Below are positions 34,879 to 47,555 of a stretch of 64,000 nt of DNA, piece after piece. Position 1 is the first letter of the stretch. Each line of letters opens with the position of its first letter. The stretch lies in contig MU053933.1 of the NCBI GenBank assembly GCA_013239625.1, forward strand, positions 1,118,001 through 1,182,000. Reading direction: 5' to 3'. The notes under the pieces were generated by a model that saw only the letters and a program-made list of their open reading frames with translations, had not been told where the DNA came from and ran no database searches. The position numbers were made by a program, and so were the translations under genes. The stretch comes from Lama guanicoe (lineage: Eukaryota).

Positions 34879-37800
34879 GTGCGGGCGCGGTTCCTGGGAA
34901 GGGTGTGGGGCGGGCGGCACAGGTGTGGGGACGCAGGTGGAACGTGGCCCCAGCTGTTCCCTCCGCGTGAGATCCTTTGTCTCAGACTTGCTTTCCCACG
35001 GCGTCTCCAGCTCATCTGAACGTCAGCGTTCTGTTCCCTTTTCACTCTCCATCTCCCCATTGTCGCACAGTTCAGGGGACTCTGAGGAAGGAGAAGTCCT
35101 GTGTTGTCCCTCCCTGCGGGCGACCGAGGTTGTCCAGTCCAACGCTGGGTGTGGTGTCGCCTCTGCTACAGGGGACAGGAGGCGGCGTAGACGCACCCTC
35201 CAGGCCTGTGGAAGTTCACGGCGGAACCTCCAGGCAGGACTTTCAGGCCACGGGGCAGGGGTGGGTGACAGAGCTGGAGGTGCCGGGATGTGCTGGCCGG
35301 ACCTTGGCCATCCAGCCATCTCTGAGCGTCTGTGCTGGAATGAGACCGCTCCCCTTCACATTCTGCAGATACACGCATGCTTTTCTTTCTTTCACACTTA
35401 GGTTTAAAGCAGAAGCAGTATTTTGTTACTAGTTCTTACTTAAGAACACGGACTCACTCTTTGTATTCGTTCTCTGTGCTTGGGCTGCATGGGTACATTC
35501 TACATCCTCATTCACAACTTGGAGGCCTGGCCTCAGGGAGGTCAGGGTTTTCCTAAACCAGGTCGCAGGTACGGGGGGGGCCTGGGGCGGCGTGGGCAGA
35601 GGCCATCCCGGCACACACCGGCCCAGGATGTGAGGTGACTTCTGAGGCCCAGACGGGTCTCACCCCCGACCAGCCCCCTCGCCCTGAAGTTGCCCATTTA
35701 CAGTAGCTGTGGACGTAACGCTGGTTTGCGGAGCGTTTCCTCATACCGCGGTGAACTGTCTTCAGGAGAAAACGTCCTGAAGTGAAAACGCCTTACTGGT
35801 GTGGTAGAGGTTCATTCGTTCTGTTGTTTAAGAGAGAATCAAACTGGACTCGTCTGCAGGTGGAGGTTCCTAGCCAACGTGGCCCACGTGCGGGTTCGGG
35901 TGATTTCAGCTGAGCCCCTTCCCGCGGGGAGCCTGTGTGGGCGTCTGGCTCCCTTGGGCGAGCAGACCTCCTCCGCCCTGGCCCTCCGCAGCCCTGGCAG
36001 CCCCCCCCCCACACCCTTGTCCCCTCTCCTCACACCTGCCTTGTCTGTCAGTCCTGGAGCCGCAGGGCTGGGAGCCCGAGGGACAGGCCCCTCGGGGTTT
36101 CTCACAGGAAGAAGAGGAAACAGCCTCTTTGAGGAAAACCTGTACATTTATATGCACGATCCTGTCGCAGCTCTTTGGGCCGCTCTGGGCTTTTTCCCCT
36201 TCTCATTGGGCCAAAGTCTGAGTTTTTGCTGTGCTTCAGATCACTCGGGGTTTGTGTTAGAAACTGGCAGGATTGCTCGGCTCAGAGAACAGGCGGCCCT
36301 CGGCGATGACGCCGCAGTGGCCGGGCGCCCTGGGAGCGTCTGCTGTGCTGCCGCCCGGCCTGCCCCGCAGGTGGCTCCCCCGGCGCCCGGGGTGATTTTA
36401 GCACAGCGTCCCCACGCTTCCCCCAGAGAATGCCCTGCCATGGGGCACTTCCTGGCCTGGGGCCGGTCAGACGTTGCAGTTGGACGCTCTTCCTGGGCCA
36501 CCTTGACTGAAAAGCCCTTAATTACGCTTGTAGTACTTCCTGCCTGAAAGCACTTCCCTCCGAGGCACTAAGGGGCACCAGGGGAGGGAGATGTCACCGG
36601 TCTCCTGTCCCTCTGCCCTCTCCCCTATGGTCTTATTTGCACAACTATTATTCATATATTTTAGGGTTTTGCCTCCTTTTTACCCCTCACAGTTATTTTG
36701 AATTCTCTCCTTAATAATCAAGTCGCTCCGCGTCCAGGGTGCTGAGAGGCCAGCGGCTCCCGGCTCTCCCTCGCCGCCCCGTCTGCTCCCCTCAGGCACC
36801 CACTCTCAGACCTTTTAGCCTTTTCTTTTGCTGTTTTCCTCCATGATTTTAAGTAAAACCCACCTCTTGTCTCACCCTGTAAAACCTACAGTTTGGGCTT
36901 TTCATTGTGCTGTGGGTGCCCTGTCCCCACCCCAGCCGGTGCCCGTTCCCTTAGGCACCGCGAGGCTGATCGTTTCCACTGTGAACATCCTCGTGAACAT
37001 GTAAGTGCTGGTTTCTGCTGAGCTGAGGGAGTAACCACCAGCACAGTGCTTTTCTGGTTCAAACATTCGTTTCTTCCCGAGTTAGAAGCTGTTTATTTTT
37101 CCCCTTCTCTCCGTGGCATCGGTGGCTGAATCCTCACGGATTCCTCAGCACCCTCTCGGTGGTCCCTGCCACGTGGCTCCTCAGGGCATGCATCCTCCTG
37201 TCTCCACCTCGGCCAGGCACTACACACGTTATGCACGTTCCCGAACCTTCCCTCCACATCAGCCTGAGGAGTCCCTTCTCTGCGAGCCCATGCCTTCTCC
37301 TTTTCTACTTTCTTGGCTTTACTCCGCCTGTGAAAACTTCCCATGATCAGTGCGTGGGGAGTGCACTGCACTGGGACGCAGCAAACCTAGAAGTGACTTT
37401 GCTGGGGTCCCGTCCTTGACCTGCTGGCGGCGTCCGTGTGCGGGGCCAGGTCGGGAGGGCCCTGCGGGCACCATGTGTCCCTGTTTTGCTTTGAGAAGGT
37501 CGGCGTGGGCTCCGTTGTCCGGTTTTCTGTGTTTTCTCCTCTCTCGCACGCTTCCCTCTCCTCTGAGTTTCAGGCGCGGGTCTTTCTCGTTGGCCGTGCT
37601 GAGCACGACCTCGTGCCTCGTGCCCTTGAGTCTGGGAGTCTCCTGAGCTCCCTGTGACAGCCCTGCCCCCCTCCCCGGCCTGCATCGCCTCCCTTCCCAG
37701 GGCCCTATGAACGGGTGCTGGGCCTTCTAAACCGAGTCTTGGTTTTTGTGTATTTTTGTATTTATTTTCCCATTGTCTACTTTCTGAGAAATTTCCTTTT

Positions 37801-39916
37801 ATCTTCCAACCCATCTATTACGTTTTAAATTTTAAGTGTAGTTTTAATTTCTAAGACTCTTCTTTGTCTTCTGTGCCTTTTGTTTTTTTGGAAGTAGCGC
37901 CCTGTTTTGGGTTCATGGACAACTGCCGTTTTCTGTGGCTTCTGCACTCCACTGTTCCCTCTGCATCACACTGTTCACTCCCTCCAGTGTTTGCTTTTTG
38001 TGTTGGAGGCTTTCAAGTTGGGGACAGCCGGCTGTCCTTCCAAATGTAAGCACGAGCTACTGGAAAGCTGCTTGGTGCTTGTCGGGCGCTGGGCTGTGGC
38101 CAGCTGGCTCTTCTGCTGACTGACCATCAAGTTCAGCCAGCCCTCGGCCTTTTCTTACTTCACTTTCTCCCGAGAAGGACTGATTTCTTGCTTGGGGCAG
38201 GAGCAGGGTTGCAGGGGCAGAAGTGGGTGGTCTCCCGCTGTATGCAGATTTTCCCCACCCCCCCCTTCCTAGCCTTGCCCCCTCCCACTCTCCAGCTGGG
38301 CTCAGTCTGCAGCCCCTGGTCTGTTTCTCTGGGGAAGAAACCCCGAGTGTCTGCAGGGCTGCGGGCGCCTAGACCGGTCATCTGCAGAGAGTGATGGGGG
38401 TGCACTGGGGGTCCCACGACTTCTTGAATGGATTTTCACCCCATTTCCTAGGTTTTTAAATCCCCTACCACCACATGCAGGCCCAGGCTTTGCGGGAGAG
38501 CCTTGGGGGCAGGTGGCCCGTCCCCTCCCAGGCCCTCTGGGCAGCGTCTGTGACGCTGAGCCCTGCAGCTGGCGGTCAGGTCCATGTTCATGAGCCCACA
38601 TGGGCTTTAACCCTGCACAGAAAAAGCAGCTGAAACTGATGCACGTGGCAGATTCCACAAGGAAGGTCATGTGTTAAGTTGAGGCAGATACAGCAGACAA
38701 GCTCCATTTTGGCCCTAGTGCTTTGGAACTAGTTTAAAAGTTCATTTTCCACTCCTTTTCCTGTGCACACGAATGTGAGCATATAGGCAGCGCTTAATAC
38801 CGTTTGCTTTCAGTCCTTTATCAAACAAACACATAGATTCCAAAAAAGTTATGCCCCTATCTTGAGTTTTTAGAAATTTTAGATACAGTTAGTGGTCTTA
38901 ATGTCTCTTTTAAGTCATGAATTCTGTCTGTTTAGTGTTGGTGTTCAGGCTCTTAACGAATTATTCAAAATGATGGAAACTCAGAGGAAGTACAAATAAT
39001 AATAGTGAAAACCTCTCCAAAATAAACCGCCACATCCTGTAAACTGTTTATGACTGTTACATGGACACTGACCTACGGAAGTTGATGCTGGTGTGTTTAT
39101 AAGGTTAGGTTCCTGTGTAAGCTCTCAGTTAAAGCACGAATGACAGCAGAGAGGCCCCCACTGCCTCTGTGCCGAGGCCCGAGCGAGGGGCCCTGCTTGT
39201 CCTCTGCTCTGCGCAGTGACCGCCGGGGGCACCGACTCCGCAGCGTGTTGGGAGCGAGACGCTGGGCTGGGCAGGCCTGGCGGGCATCAGCTCTCTTCTC
39301 CCATATGTGGTCAGGACACTCATCTAGAAGAGGTCATGCACATGTCCTTCCCTCCTGAAATGGAACGAGCAGAACGCGTCTGGTGCGCTCCCCAGGGTGA
39401 GGGGAGCTGCTGGGCCGTCCGGGCAGAGCTGCTGGCTTGGCCCCTCTGCGCTGGGACCCCTCTATCTGCCCTTTGTGTGTTTCTGGTTCTTTCCCATCTA
39501 TCCCACCGCGTGGCTCCTCTAGCCAGTGCACTTTCTGCGTCCCTGTCCACCCTCCTTGGTTGCTGGAAATCTCTTTTAGGCCAGGAAGCGGGCTGGTATC
39601 ACGTCTGCTGGTGGAGGAGGGACAATGAGAACAGGTGTGAATGAGGGCACCTAGGACCCCCGTCTCCTGGGGTGACCCAGAGGCCTCCTCAGTGTCTGTC
39701 CTTGCGGCCTCGCCACACGAGGTGTAAGTAGTTACAATCAGAGGGAACTATGTCCTCAAAAAACTCGCCTGTCCAGGCCTCCAGTGTACAAGCCATGACG
39801 GGGACTAAATCATTCACCCGTGCGACCCCAGCTGACTCTCCACCTGCAGTCGTAAGCTACTTGGGTATGTCCTAATCTTCTGTGCTTTCTAACATTATTT
39901 TCCAATTGTTTAAAAG

Positions 39917-40045
39917 CTTCAGTTACAGTTAAACCAAGATCTAAGCATCTTGCATCAAGATGATGGCTCATCTAAGAACAAAAGGGGAGTCCTGCCGAAG
40001 CACGCCACAAACGTGATGCGGTCTTGGCTGTTCCAGCACATCGGG
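39917..40045 (+). CDS. PKNOX1: PKNOX1 exon 8 (homeodomain start): LQLQLNQDLSILHQDDGSSKNKRGVLPKHATNVMRSWLFQHIG
   Basis: 129 nt, aag/gtaaga. Confidence 0.97.
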
Positions 40046-41566
40046 GTAAGAACAAAGTGATTTCACAGCCTTATTTTAAGAACCGATATTTTGGTGACTG
40101 TCTGTAATGGCTTGAGCACAAGACAGGAAGGAGGGTCACCAAATAAATGGAGGACACTGCTTTCACAGAATGAGAGTAAACGAGGGTCCCACTGTGCAGG
40201 GCATAAATTCAGCTCCTGTTGGTGTGTTTGTGCACGTGGAGAAACCACCCTTGGAGGTGCCTGGGTGAGGTGAGGTTAGCTGGAGAAATGCGCAGAGAAA
40301 AGGTGCTTTGGGGTAAAACCTCGGGAAATAGCAACATTTTGTGTATTGGGTTTGAAAGCGATAGGAGGGGAGGGGTCAGCAGATGGGTGGATTGAACTTG
40401 AAGGGGCTTTGGCCGCAGCTCCACTCCTCTTCCGCCTCGTCTGCGCCTCCTCCCCGCATCTGGGAGTCCTGTCTGGGGGGGCGCACAGCTGCCCATTGGC
40501 CTCGCGGGACGACTGGCTCATTACCCTGTGTGGCCCTTTGGTCCTCACACCACTGACCTCAGGAGGTGTGACCCTGAGGAGCTTTCGGAGTGATACCCTG
40601 TCTGGCTGCTGGGGTCAGAAGGGCCAGCCTGGCTCTCAGGGAGCACAAGGTGGGGTGTGGGGGGCATGCAGAGGCGATCCTGTGGTCCAGGGGCCGGGTC
40701 AGGAGGGCCAGCAGGAAGCCGCTCTCCTTCCGTCATCCACGCTTCCATCCGCGGGGCTGTCCCTGAGAGCTGAGTCTGTTGGCCCCTGTTTGCCCCTTGA
40801 CGTCACTGCCATTGCCACCCACTGTGGCTGCATCCTCACTGCCTGGGGCGTTGTTGTGCCTGTGGGCACCTCGCCCTCCACTCTCCACAGGCACCTGTCG
40901 CCCCAGTTTGTTCCTGGGTCCTGTTTCTGTCCCCGCCAGCAGGAGGCTGTTAGGCTTCCCTGGTGTGTGGATGATTCCTGAGGCAGCCGGGCTGACGGTG
41001 CAGTTAGACGCCGCTCCTCCTGGAGGCATTGCTGGGTCTTCCTGCCCGTGTGCATTGGAGGCCCCCCCCCTCCCCCGTCCTTCCCGCGCCCTCCAGGCAG
41101 CGGCTGCTGCTGCTTGTCCTGTCTTGTTTTGTTCCTGGTCTGTGTGCTCGTTCCTGCCTCCTTTTTATTTTATGAGCTTTTTAAAGGGCAGAACAGTATT
41201 TATATTTGCATGAGCTCTGACTTGGGGCCATGTGCTCATCTATAGAATCAAAGTGGATCATTGTCACTTAGTTTGAGGAGTCAGGCTGCTGCAGAGATCA
41301 GCCTGATGCTGCTCCATTATCACCGGGACGTGCGGTGGCTCTTCCAACGCCCGTGTCACTGAGGAGCCAGAACAGACCCAGCCTCACCTGTTGTTGCCTT
41401 CCCTCTTGGGGTCCTGATCGGTGCAGAATAAGGGACTTTGGTGCGGATAGGTCTTAGAGTAAATGTCTTACTAGTTTCTACATGTGAACGGTCATCAACT
41501 TTGAAGAAAGCGTTTATTACTATAGGTAGAAATTATTTTCCTTTGGTACTTCTGTGAATTTTGATC

Positions 41567-42219
41567 CAGGCAGACCTCACTTTATTGCATGTCTCAGATA
41601 CTGTTTTTTTTTTTTTTTTTTTTTTTACAAATTGAAGGTTTGTGGCAACCCCACATCAAGCAGATCTGTTAGCGCTGTTATTTCCAACAACTTTTGCTCA
41701 TTTCATTTCTCTGTGTCACATTTTGGTAATTCTCTCAATGTTTCAAACTTCCGTCATTATTGTATTTGTTAGGATTATCTGTCGTCAGTGATCTTTTAAA
41801 CTTTTAAAAAAATTTTGGGGTTGGGATAGGTAATTAGGTTCATTTATTTATTTTAGAGGAGGTGCTGGGGATTGATTGAACTCAGGACCTCCTGCATGCT
41901 AAGCACACGCTCCACCACTGAGCTGTACCCTCCCCACCCCCATCAGTGCTCTTCAGTGTGCCTATTGCAAAAAGATTACGGCTCGCTAAAGGCTCAGATG
42001 ATGGCTAGCATTTTTTAGCAATCAGGTATTTATTAATTAAGTCATGGACGTTGTTTTAGATATAGTACCGTTGTGCACTTAACAGACCGCAGTACCGTGC
42101 AGGCCGAACTTTCATGTAACTTTTTTTGGAAGCGAACAGATCCGTGACTCGCTTCCTTGAAGCACTTGCTTCACTGAGGTGGTCTGGAACTGAACCCACA
42201 GTATCTCCCGGTATGTCTG
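41567..42219 (+). mobile_element. Tigger1 internal-deletion derivative (TcMar)
   Basis: Both termini present (caggcagacctc... and ...ccggtatgtctg followed by TA). Contains tacaaattgaaggtttgtggcaacc. No transposase. Confidence 0.85.
41797..41941 (-). mobile_element. Camelid SINE nested in Tigger1
   Basis: ggaggtgctgggga...gcatgctaagcacacgctccaccactgagctgtaccctcccc. Approximate TSD tcagtgatctt / tcagtgctctt. Confidence 0.85.
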
Positions 42220-43053
42220 TACTCACTTCTGATTTAGTTCTGGTGTTTTTCAAGCGAAATACTTCGTCAAACCTAAAAGAAAGAGGAACGTAACAGACCC
42301 TCCTACCCCGTCCTTGGGGCAGCTCTTCCCCCACAGCACGGGTCAGCCTGGCAGAGGTTGGTTCTAGGGACCTAGATGGCATCACTGCTCCGGTGCTGGC
42401 CAGTTCTCACACGACCTGTGGTGGCACATGTCACCTGAATGTGACGGGCCTGGAGGTCAGCTTCCTGCCTCCTCCTCCCGTTTAGCGGCCCAGGTTGGAG
42501 GGCGTGCACACCCTGCTCAGCTTGCTTGTGGTAGAAGACGACACTGTCTCCAAAGGTGACTGTGAGGAATCGGAGACTTGCTGTGGCACGGGCAGGTGAC
42601 GGATGCACCGTGTCTTGCTGCAGGTCCAAACGCAGCCATCCATCTGCTTCAAACGGATGCAGTTTATGGTTCTTAGATGACACCTGTGAGGTTGACACAA
42701 AGCCCGCAGATCTTATCAGGCGTCAGGACAGTGCCTGGCGGGGCTGCAGCAGCCCCCCTGCTCCCCAAGGCGCCGTCCTCCTGGTCCCTGAGCCTTCAGA
42801 CTCCCGTCTGCCCACTCCTCCACCCGAGCGCTCACCAGCTGCTGCAGCTCCGTGCACCCTTGGGTGGCTGGGAGAAAGGCTTCATCCTGTTTAGGCATTT
42901 ATGGAAAAGGTCACGAGTCTAAAGTTCGGTTTTAGCTGAAAGCACCGTCGACACCACTTTTACTAGTGAGTATTTGTGTGCTGCTTTCCCTGGATGCCCG
43001 CAAGTTCCTTTTTAAAAGCTGAAGTACACGGTGACCCTTCTTTTTATTTTCAG

Positions 43054-43130
43054 CATCCCTACCCGACAGAAGATGAGAAAAAACAGATTGCTGCTCAGAC
43101 AAATTTGACACTACTCCAAGTTAACAACTG
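43054..43130 (+). CDS. PKNOX1: PKNOX1 exon 9 (TALE loop PYP): [26 protein letters not shown]
   Basis: 77 nt, ttttcag/gtaaga. Confidence 0.98.
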
Positions 43131-45188
43131 GTAAGATGCACCCTCTTTCTGAAACTGTGCCGTCAACAGAACACCTGGAAATGCTGGCACTAATCAGTAG
43201 TGGAGTTTGCTTGAAAACATCCCAGCTAGCGTTCCTCTGTTGTCAGAGTGCCAGGATCGGTGGCCGGATACTTAAGCACAAACCAGCACACACTTTCACC
43301 TTCAGTTTTCAGCAGCCAGCACCCGCTGTGGACTTCTTGCCTTCACCCTTTGGCTCCATCAGAAATGTGTTTCTCCAGTGCGTGACCGGCCCTACTCCTG
43401 CAGTCACTCAAAGACACGATGTTTCCTCTGGGCAGTGGACGGCCGAGGTGCTGTCTCCTGACCTCTGGTGGCCCCTCTGCACCTGGCCCCCCTTTAGAAC
43501 CCTCGTGTCACCTGTTCAGCAGTGGCTGGGGGAGAGAGTCCCTCAGCTGACCAGCCGTGTGGTGGTCCTGTCCCACGGCACGACTTGGGGCCCCGTTCTG
43601 GTTCTGGTGTCACATGTCACTGTGGACGCTTGGACCTGACCACGTGTCTTCCCTTAAGTAAGAGGTGTTCACATGGTGCTAAGGTCTGGGGTGCACCTAC
43701 ATTTCGCTTGTTAGTCATCTGTCTCATTTTTTATTTACTTATTCAGACGTAGGAGACGATTTCAGCATAAAATTGACATGCATGAAAGAGGAGAAACCAC
43801 AAATTCTACCACTTATGCACTTTGTTATCTTGTCATTTTAACTGTTAAATTTAACCTTGCAGGTCAAGTAGGTTCTGACAGAAATTAAAAAAATCTTCCA
43901 ATAGGCAGTTACATATGCGGAAGGCAGGCTTTGGTGTTGGGTGAAATATTTCTATCATCTTGCCTTTGGACCATTTTTTTATTTCGGTAGCAATAACAGA
44001 CCATACTATTTGAATTATTTCCTGTTGGATCTTTTAAATAGAGCGTTAACAAGAATTCAGAGATGTCAAGCACTTTGTAACCATGAGTTCTGTAATGCCA
44101 CAGCATGGTTCTGTTCTTTTCGTGTAGTCTCAGGTAGAAACTGTTTTGATTCAGTCGTGACAGTGACTGATAGAGAAGCTGGGGTGAGAGACACAGGGTT
44201 CCCTCCCTCTTTGGAGACTCTGCTCTGTCCCTGTCCAGCCTTCTGACCTCCTTCATCTGTGGGCGTCCGTGCTGTCCCTGACTTGCTCATATTATCTAGA
44301 AGGTTTGACTTCAACTTTTAATTTTAAAATTTATGACAGTTTAATACACAACTTTTATAAATTCTAAAATTTCTGAAGTCTTAGTAGCTGCATTTACCTT
44401 TTGTGAGTTGTTTACAAAAACTACATCTTGGACTCAGACTGGCCACACCCACCGTCCGCTTGCGCCGCTGCCTCCAGCCGCGCTCACAGAGGGTGAGGGG
44501 CAGGCGGAAAGCAGCGGCGGCTCCGCGGCACCCGGGTGCCGGGGCGGGGGCGCTGGCGTGGCTCCCCCAGCCTTGCGCAGGCTGCGCTGCGGCGAACGGA
44601 GACGGACTCTAAGTGAAGCTCTGCGGCACGAGCCTGTTCGTTCGTACTATGAGAACATGTCCTAGTGCAGCCCGAGATGGTTTTGAATCCTAGGACTTCA
44701 CAGTTAAGCAGCCTCGGAGCTGGACATGTGTCCACACTCAGTGCCCGGCTGGGTGCGACTCTCGGGTAGAGACGCAGCCCGCAGAGCCTCGGGCGTCATG
44801 AGGCTGCAGGCTCTGTGGTTTTGCAGTAGTTTACCTTTTCTCTTCCTTCGAGAAAATCGTGCCAAATCCACAACTTTGACAGAATCGTCAGTGTCATTAT
44901 GAGTATCAAGGCCACGGACGTGGGCTCCATCAGTTAAGGTGGAAAAGGGCACGGGGTAGAGCTGGGCTTTCTTCGGATGAGCTGCCTTGAACCAGCCCTG
45001 TCTCTGTGGCCCTTTAGAGAGTGTGCCTGGCATCCCTCTGAGTTGCTTCTTGCTCCGGAGCCGCGCCCCTGCTCCAGGGCCTGGGAGCGCCGTGCGTGCC
45101 GGGCGCGGGGCGCGGGGTGCGGGCGCGGGCACGGGGCGCGGGCGCGGGAGCGCGGTGACGCTCTTCCTCTGCCGCTTTCCTCACGTAG

Positions 45189-45272
45189 GTTCATCAACGC
45201 GCGGAGACGCATCCTGCAGCCCATGCTGGATTCTAGTTGTTCAGAAACTCCGAAAACAAAGAAAAAAACCGC
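45189..45272 (+). CDS. PKNOX1: PKNOX1 exon 10, visible 5' part (helix 3): FINARRRILQPMLDSSCSETPKTKKKT; remainder in gap
   Basis: Acceptor cacgtag. For a 436-aa protein the exon would be 173 nt and end near 45361, inside the Ns. Confidence 0.95.
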
Positions 45273-45410
45273 NNNNNNNNNNNNNNNNNNNNNNNNNNNN
45301 NNNNNNNNNNNNNNNNNNNNNNNNNNNNNNNNNNNNNNNNNNNNNNNNNNNNNNNNNNNNNNNNNNNNNNNNNNNNNNNNNNNNNNNNNNNNNNNNNNNN
45401 NNNNNNNNNN
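45273..45410. other. Assembly gap (138 N)
   Basis: Seen directly. Confidence 1.
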
Positions 45411-45529
45411 CGCCGCCGTGAGCGCGCTGCGTGCACGAGCGCCCGCCCCGGGCGCGGCCGGGCGCGGCCTCAGGCGCCCCTGAGCCGCGCTAGCGTCGTG
45501 TTCTCACCTTCTCATTCTCCTCAGACTTT

Positions 45530-46200
45530 TTTCGCTCAGCAGTTAAGCGTCAAGTCAGAAAGTTTCGGGGCCATTATTTCTTCAGATGTATTTTCCGACC
45601 CCTTCTCCGCCAGGGGCTCCAGGTGCCCATGTAACCGTCACGGAAACTCACACAGGCTCTGCTGTTCCCAGGTTGTTGGAGTCTTTTTGTGTCTCATTCT
45701 GGCGAGCTTGTTTCTGTTTCGGACCTTCCGCTTCCTGGGTCTTGTCTTCGTGGTGCTTGATCCTGCGCTGGTCACACCCCGTCGGGCCTTGTCTAGAGGT
45801 TCCGCGTGGGTCTGTGTATCCTTCACGAGTCGGCTTCAGGTCTGAGCAAACAGTGCAGTTGGCAGTGACTGGGTGACGTTCTCTGCTAATTCTAACGTCT
45901 GCCAGTGCCGGGCTGGTTTCTGTGGACTGAGTTCTCATTGTGGGTGCTTCTCCTGGCTGTTTGTGTGCCTGGTGATCTTCGGAGGCCAGACACTGTGGAT
46001 TTCACCTTGCTGGGCTGGGTGTTTTTGTCTTGCTGCAAGTCTTCCTGAGCTCTGTTCTAGCAGTTAAGTTACTTGTCTGATACTCTTGTGCTTTGTTTTC
46101 ACAACTGGTTCTCATCTGGTGGTCCCAGCAGTGCTCAGTCCGGGCTACTTTTCCCCCAGAACAGAGGCACAACCTTGGGGTGCTCCACTCGGTGCCTGTG
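45530..46200 (-). mobile_element. Old L1 (ORF1/5' region) remnant
   Basis: gaaagtttcggggccattatttcttcagat resembles antisense L1 ORF1-end sequence. Highly diverged. Confidence 0.5.
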
Positions 46201-47343
46201 CAGGACAGTGTTTCCAGCCCAGCTCCGCGAGCCCCGGACACTGTGCTCGGTAATCTTTTGGCCCGACTCTTTCCCCAGCCTCTGTGGTTTCCTGTACTCA
46301 GGGGCTAATTGGTCCTTTGCCAAACGCTCGAGTTACCCCAGAGCCACGCGGGCCCTGGGCCTGGGGGCTCCTCACTGGGCAGCGAATCAGCTGACCTTGT
46401 GTCCATCTAACCTCGAGTCATGCTCTCTGCACTGCAAGCTCCATCTTCATCATTTGGGTTTTGACATGCAGTGGTCTTACATTCACATTTAAATGATTTG
46501 TATTTTCAGTTTGTGTTTTCTCTTCTAATCCAAGAATTAGCTGGAGAGGTACTAGTTCTCTCTCCCCTCCTCCTTTGCCCCACTCTTGGAAAAGGCAGTG
46601 CCTGTCTACTGGGCAAGACGTGCAGACAAGAAAGTCCAGTGAACAGTACATCTTTCCTCCGTCCTGGCTTCTAACCCTCTCCAGGGATGGTCCTTCTTAC
46701 CAGTCTCCTGTGGACGCTCCCAGAGCATGTGGGGTGCAGTGGTCTGTGCACAGACAGAGGAATGGATGAGTAAATCTCCTTTAGAACTTTCCTCAACACG
46801 TGTGTTATGTTACCACACATACATATGAACATACATACATGTGTGTACACATAAGACATCCTCTTGCTGTCACCCTTTGTTAGTTCTGTGGAGGTTGTTA
46901 CGATCAGCACGTGGGACACCCCAAGCTGGGCTTCCTGGCCTCAGGGTAGTCCTGGGCCAGCATCTTGAATCTGTGCCCCACTCGCAGGTACTTGGTGGCT
47001 TCCCCTCCACTTTTTTCCCTTTCAGACGGGCCTTCCTTCCTCTGTCCCCGTCTCCCTGGCTGTGTCTTGTGGCCTCTCCCTGTGTCCTTGGGTCTTTTGT
47101 TCTCCACATGGCACTTGGTTTCCACCTGGGCCTCTGCCCTTCCTGCCCTGAGCCCCTTGGACCCTCTGTGGACCCAGAGCTTAGCTACCCAGGGTCAGGG
47201 GCCAATTCCCCGGACAGTCTCGAGTGCCCTGGCAGCGTGCATGGGGGCTGGTAGGGGTCCCACTGTACGGCCCGCGCGGTCGGGGGGTGGAATGTGCTCA
47301 AGCCAAGTGTCGAGCTGCTGGTGACGGGCGCCTTGTGCTGCAG

Positions 47344-47555
47344 GAGCCGTTGTGACGATCACCACACCTGTGAGCATGAACGTGGACAGCCTGCAGTCCC
47401 TGTCCTCAGACGGGGCCACACTGGCGGTGCAGCAGGTGATGATGGCCGAGCAGAGCGAGGACGAGTCGGTGGATAGCACGGGGGACGGCACAGCTGCTCT
47501 GGCGCCCGGCCACATCGGCGGGCTGGTCCTGGAGAACAGCGACTCCCTGCAGTAG
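47344..47555 (+). CDS. PKNOX1: PKNOX1 last exon coding part: AVVTITTPVSMNVDSLQSLSSDGATLAVQQVMM...LVLENSDSLQ*
   Basis: Acceptor ctgcag, TAG at 47553-47555, matches the known C-terminus. Confidence 0.97.

Larger units (their letters stand above)
44450..45500. promoter_or_regulatory. Intragenic CpG-rich island around PKNOX1 exon 10
   Basis: Dense CpG/GC blocks at 44450-44600, 45050-45225 and 45411-45500. Confidence 0.6.

Noticed and set aside
45273..45410. PKNOX1 as a truncated gene or pseudogene
   Set aside because: The break is an N gap large enough to hold the missing ~89 nt and donor. All other exons are intact and in phase.
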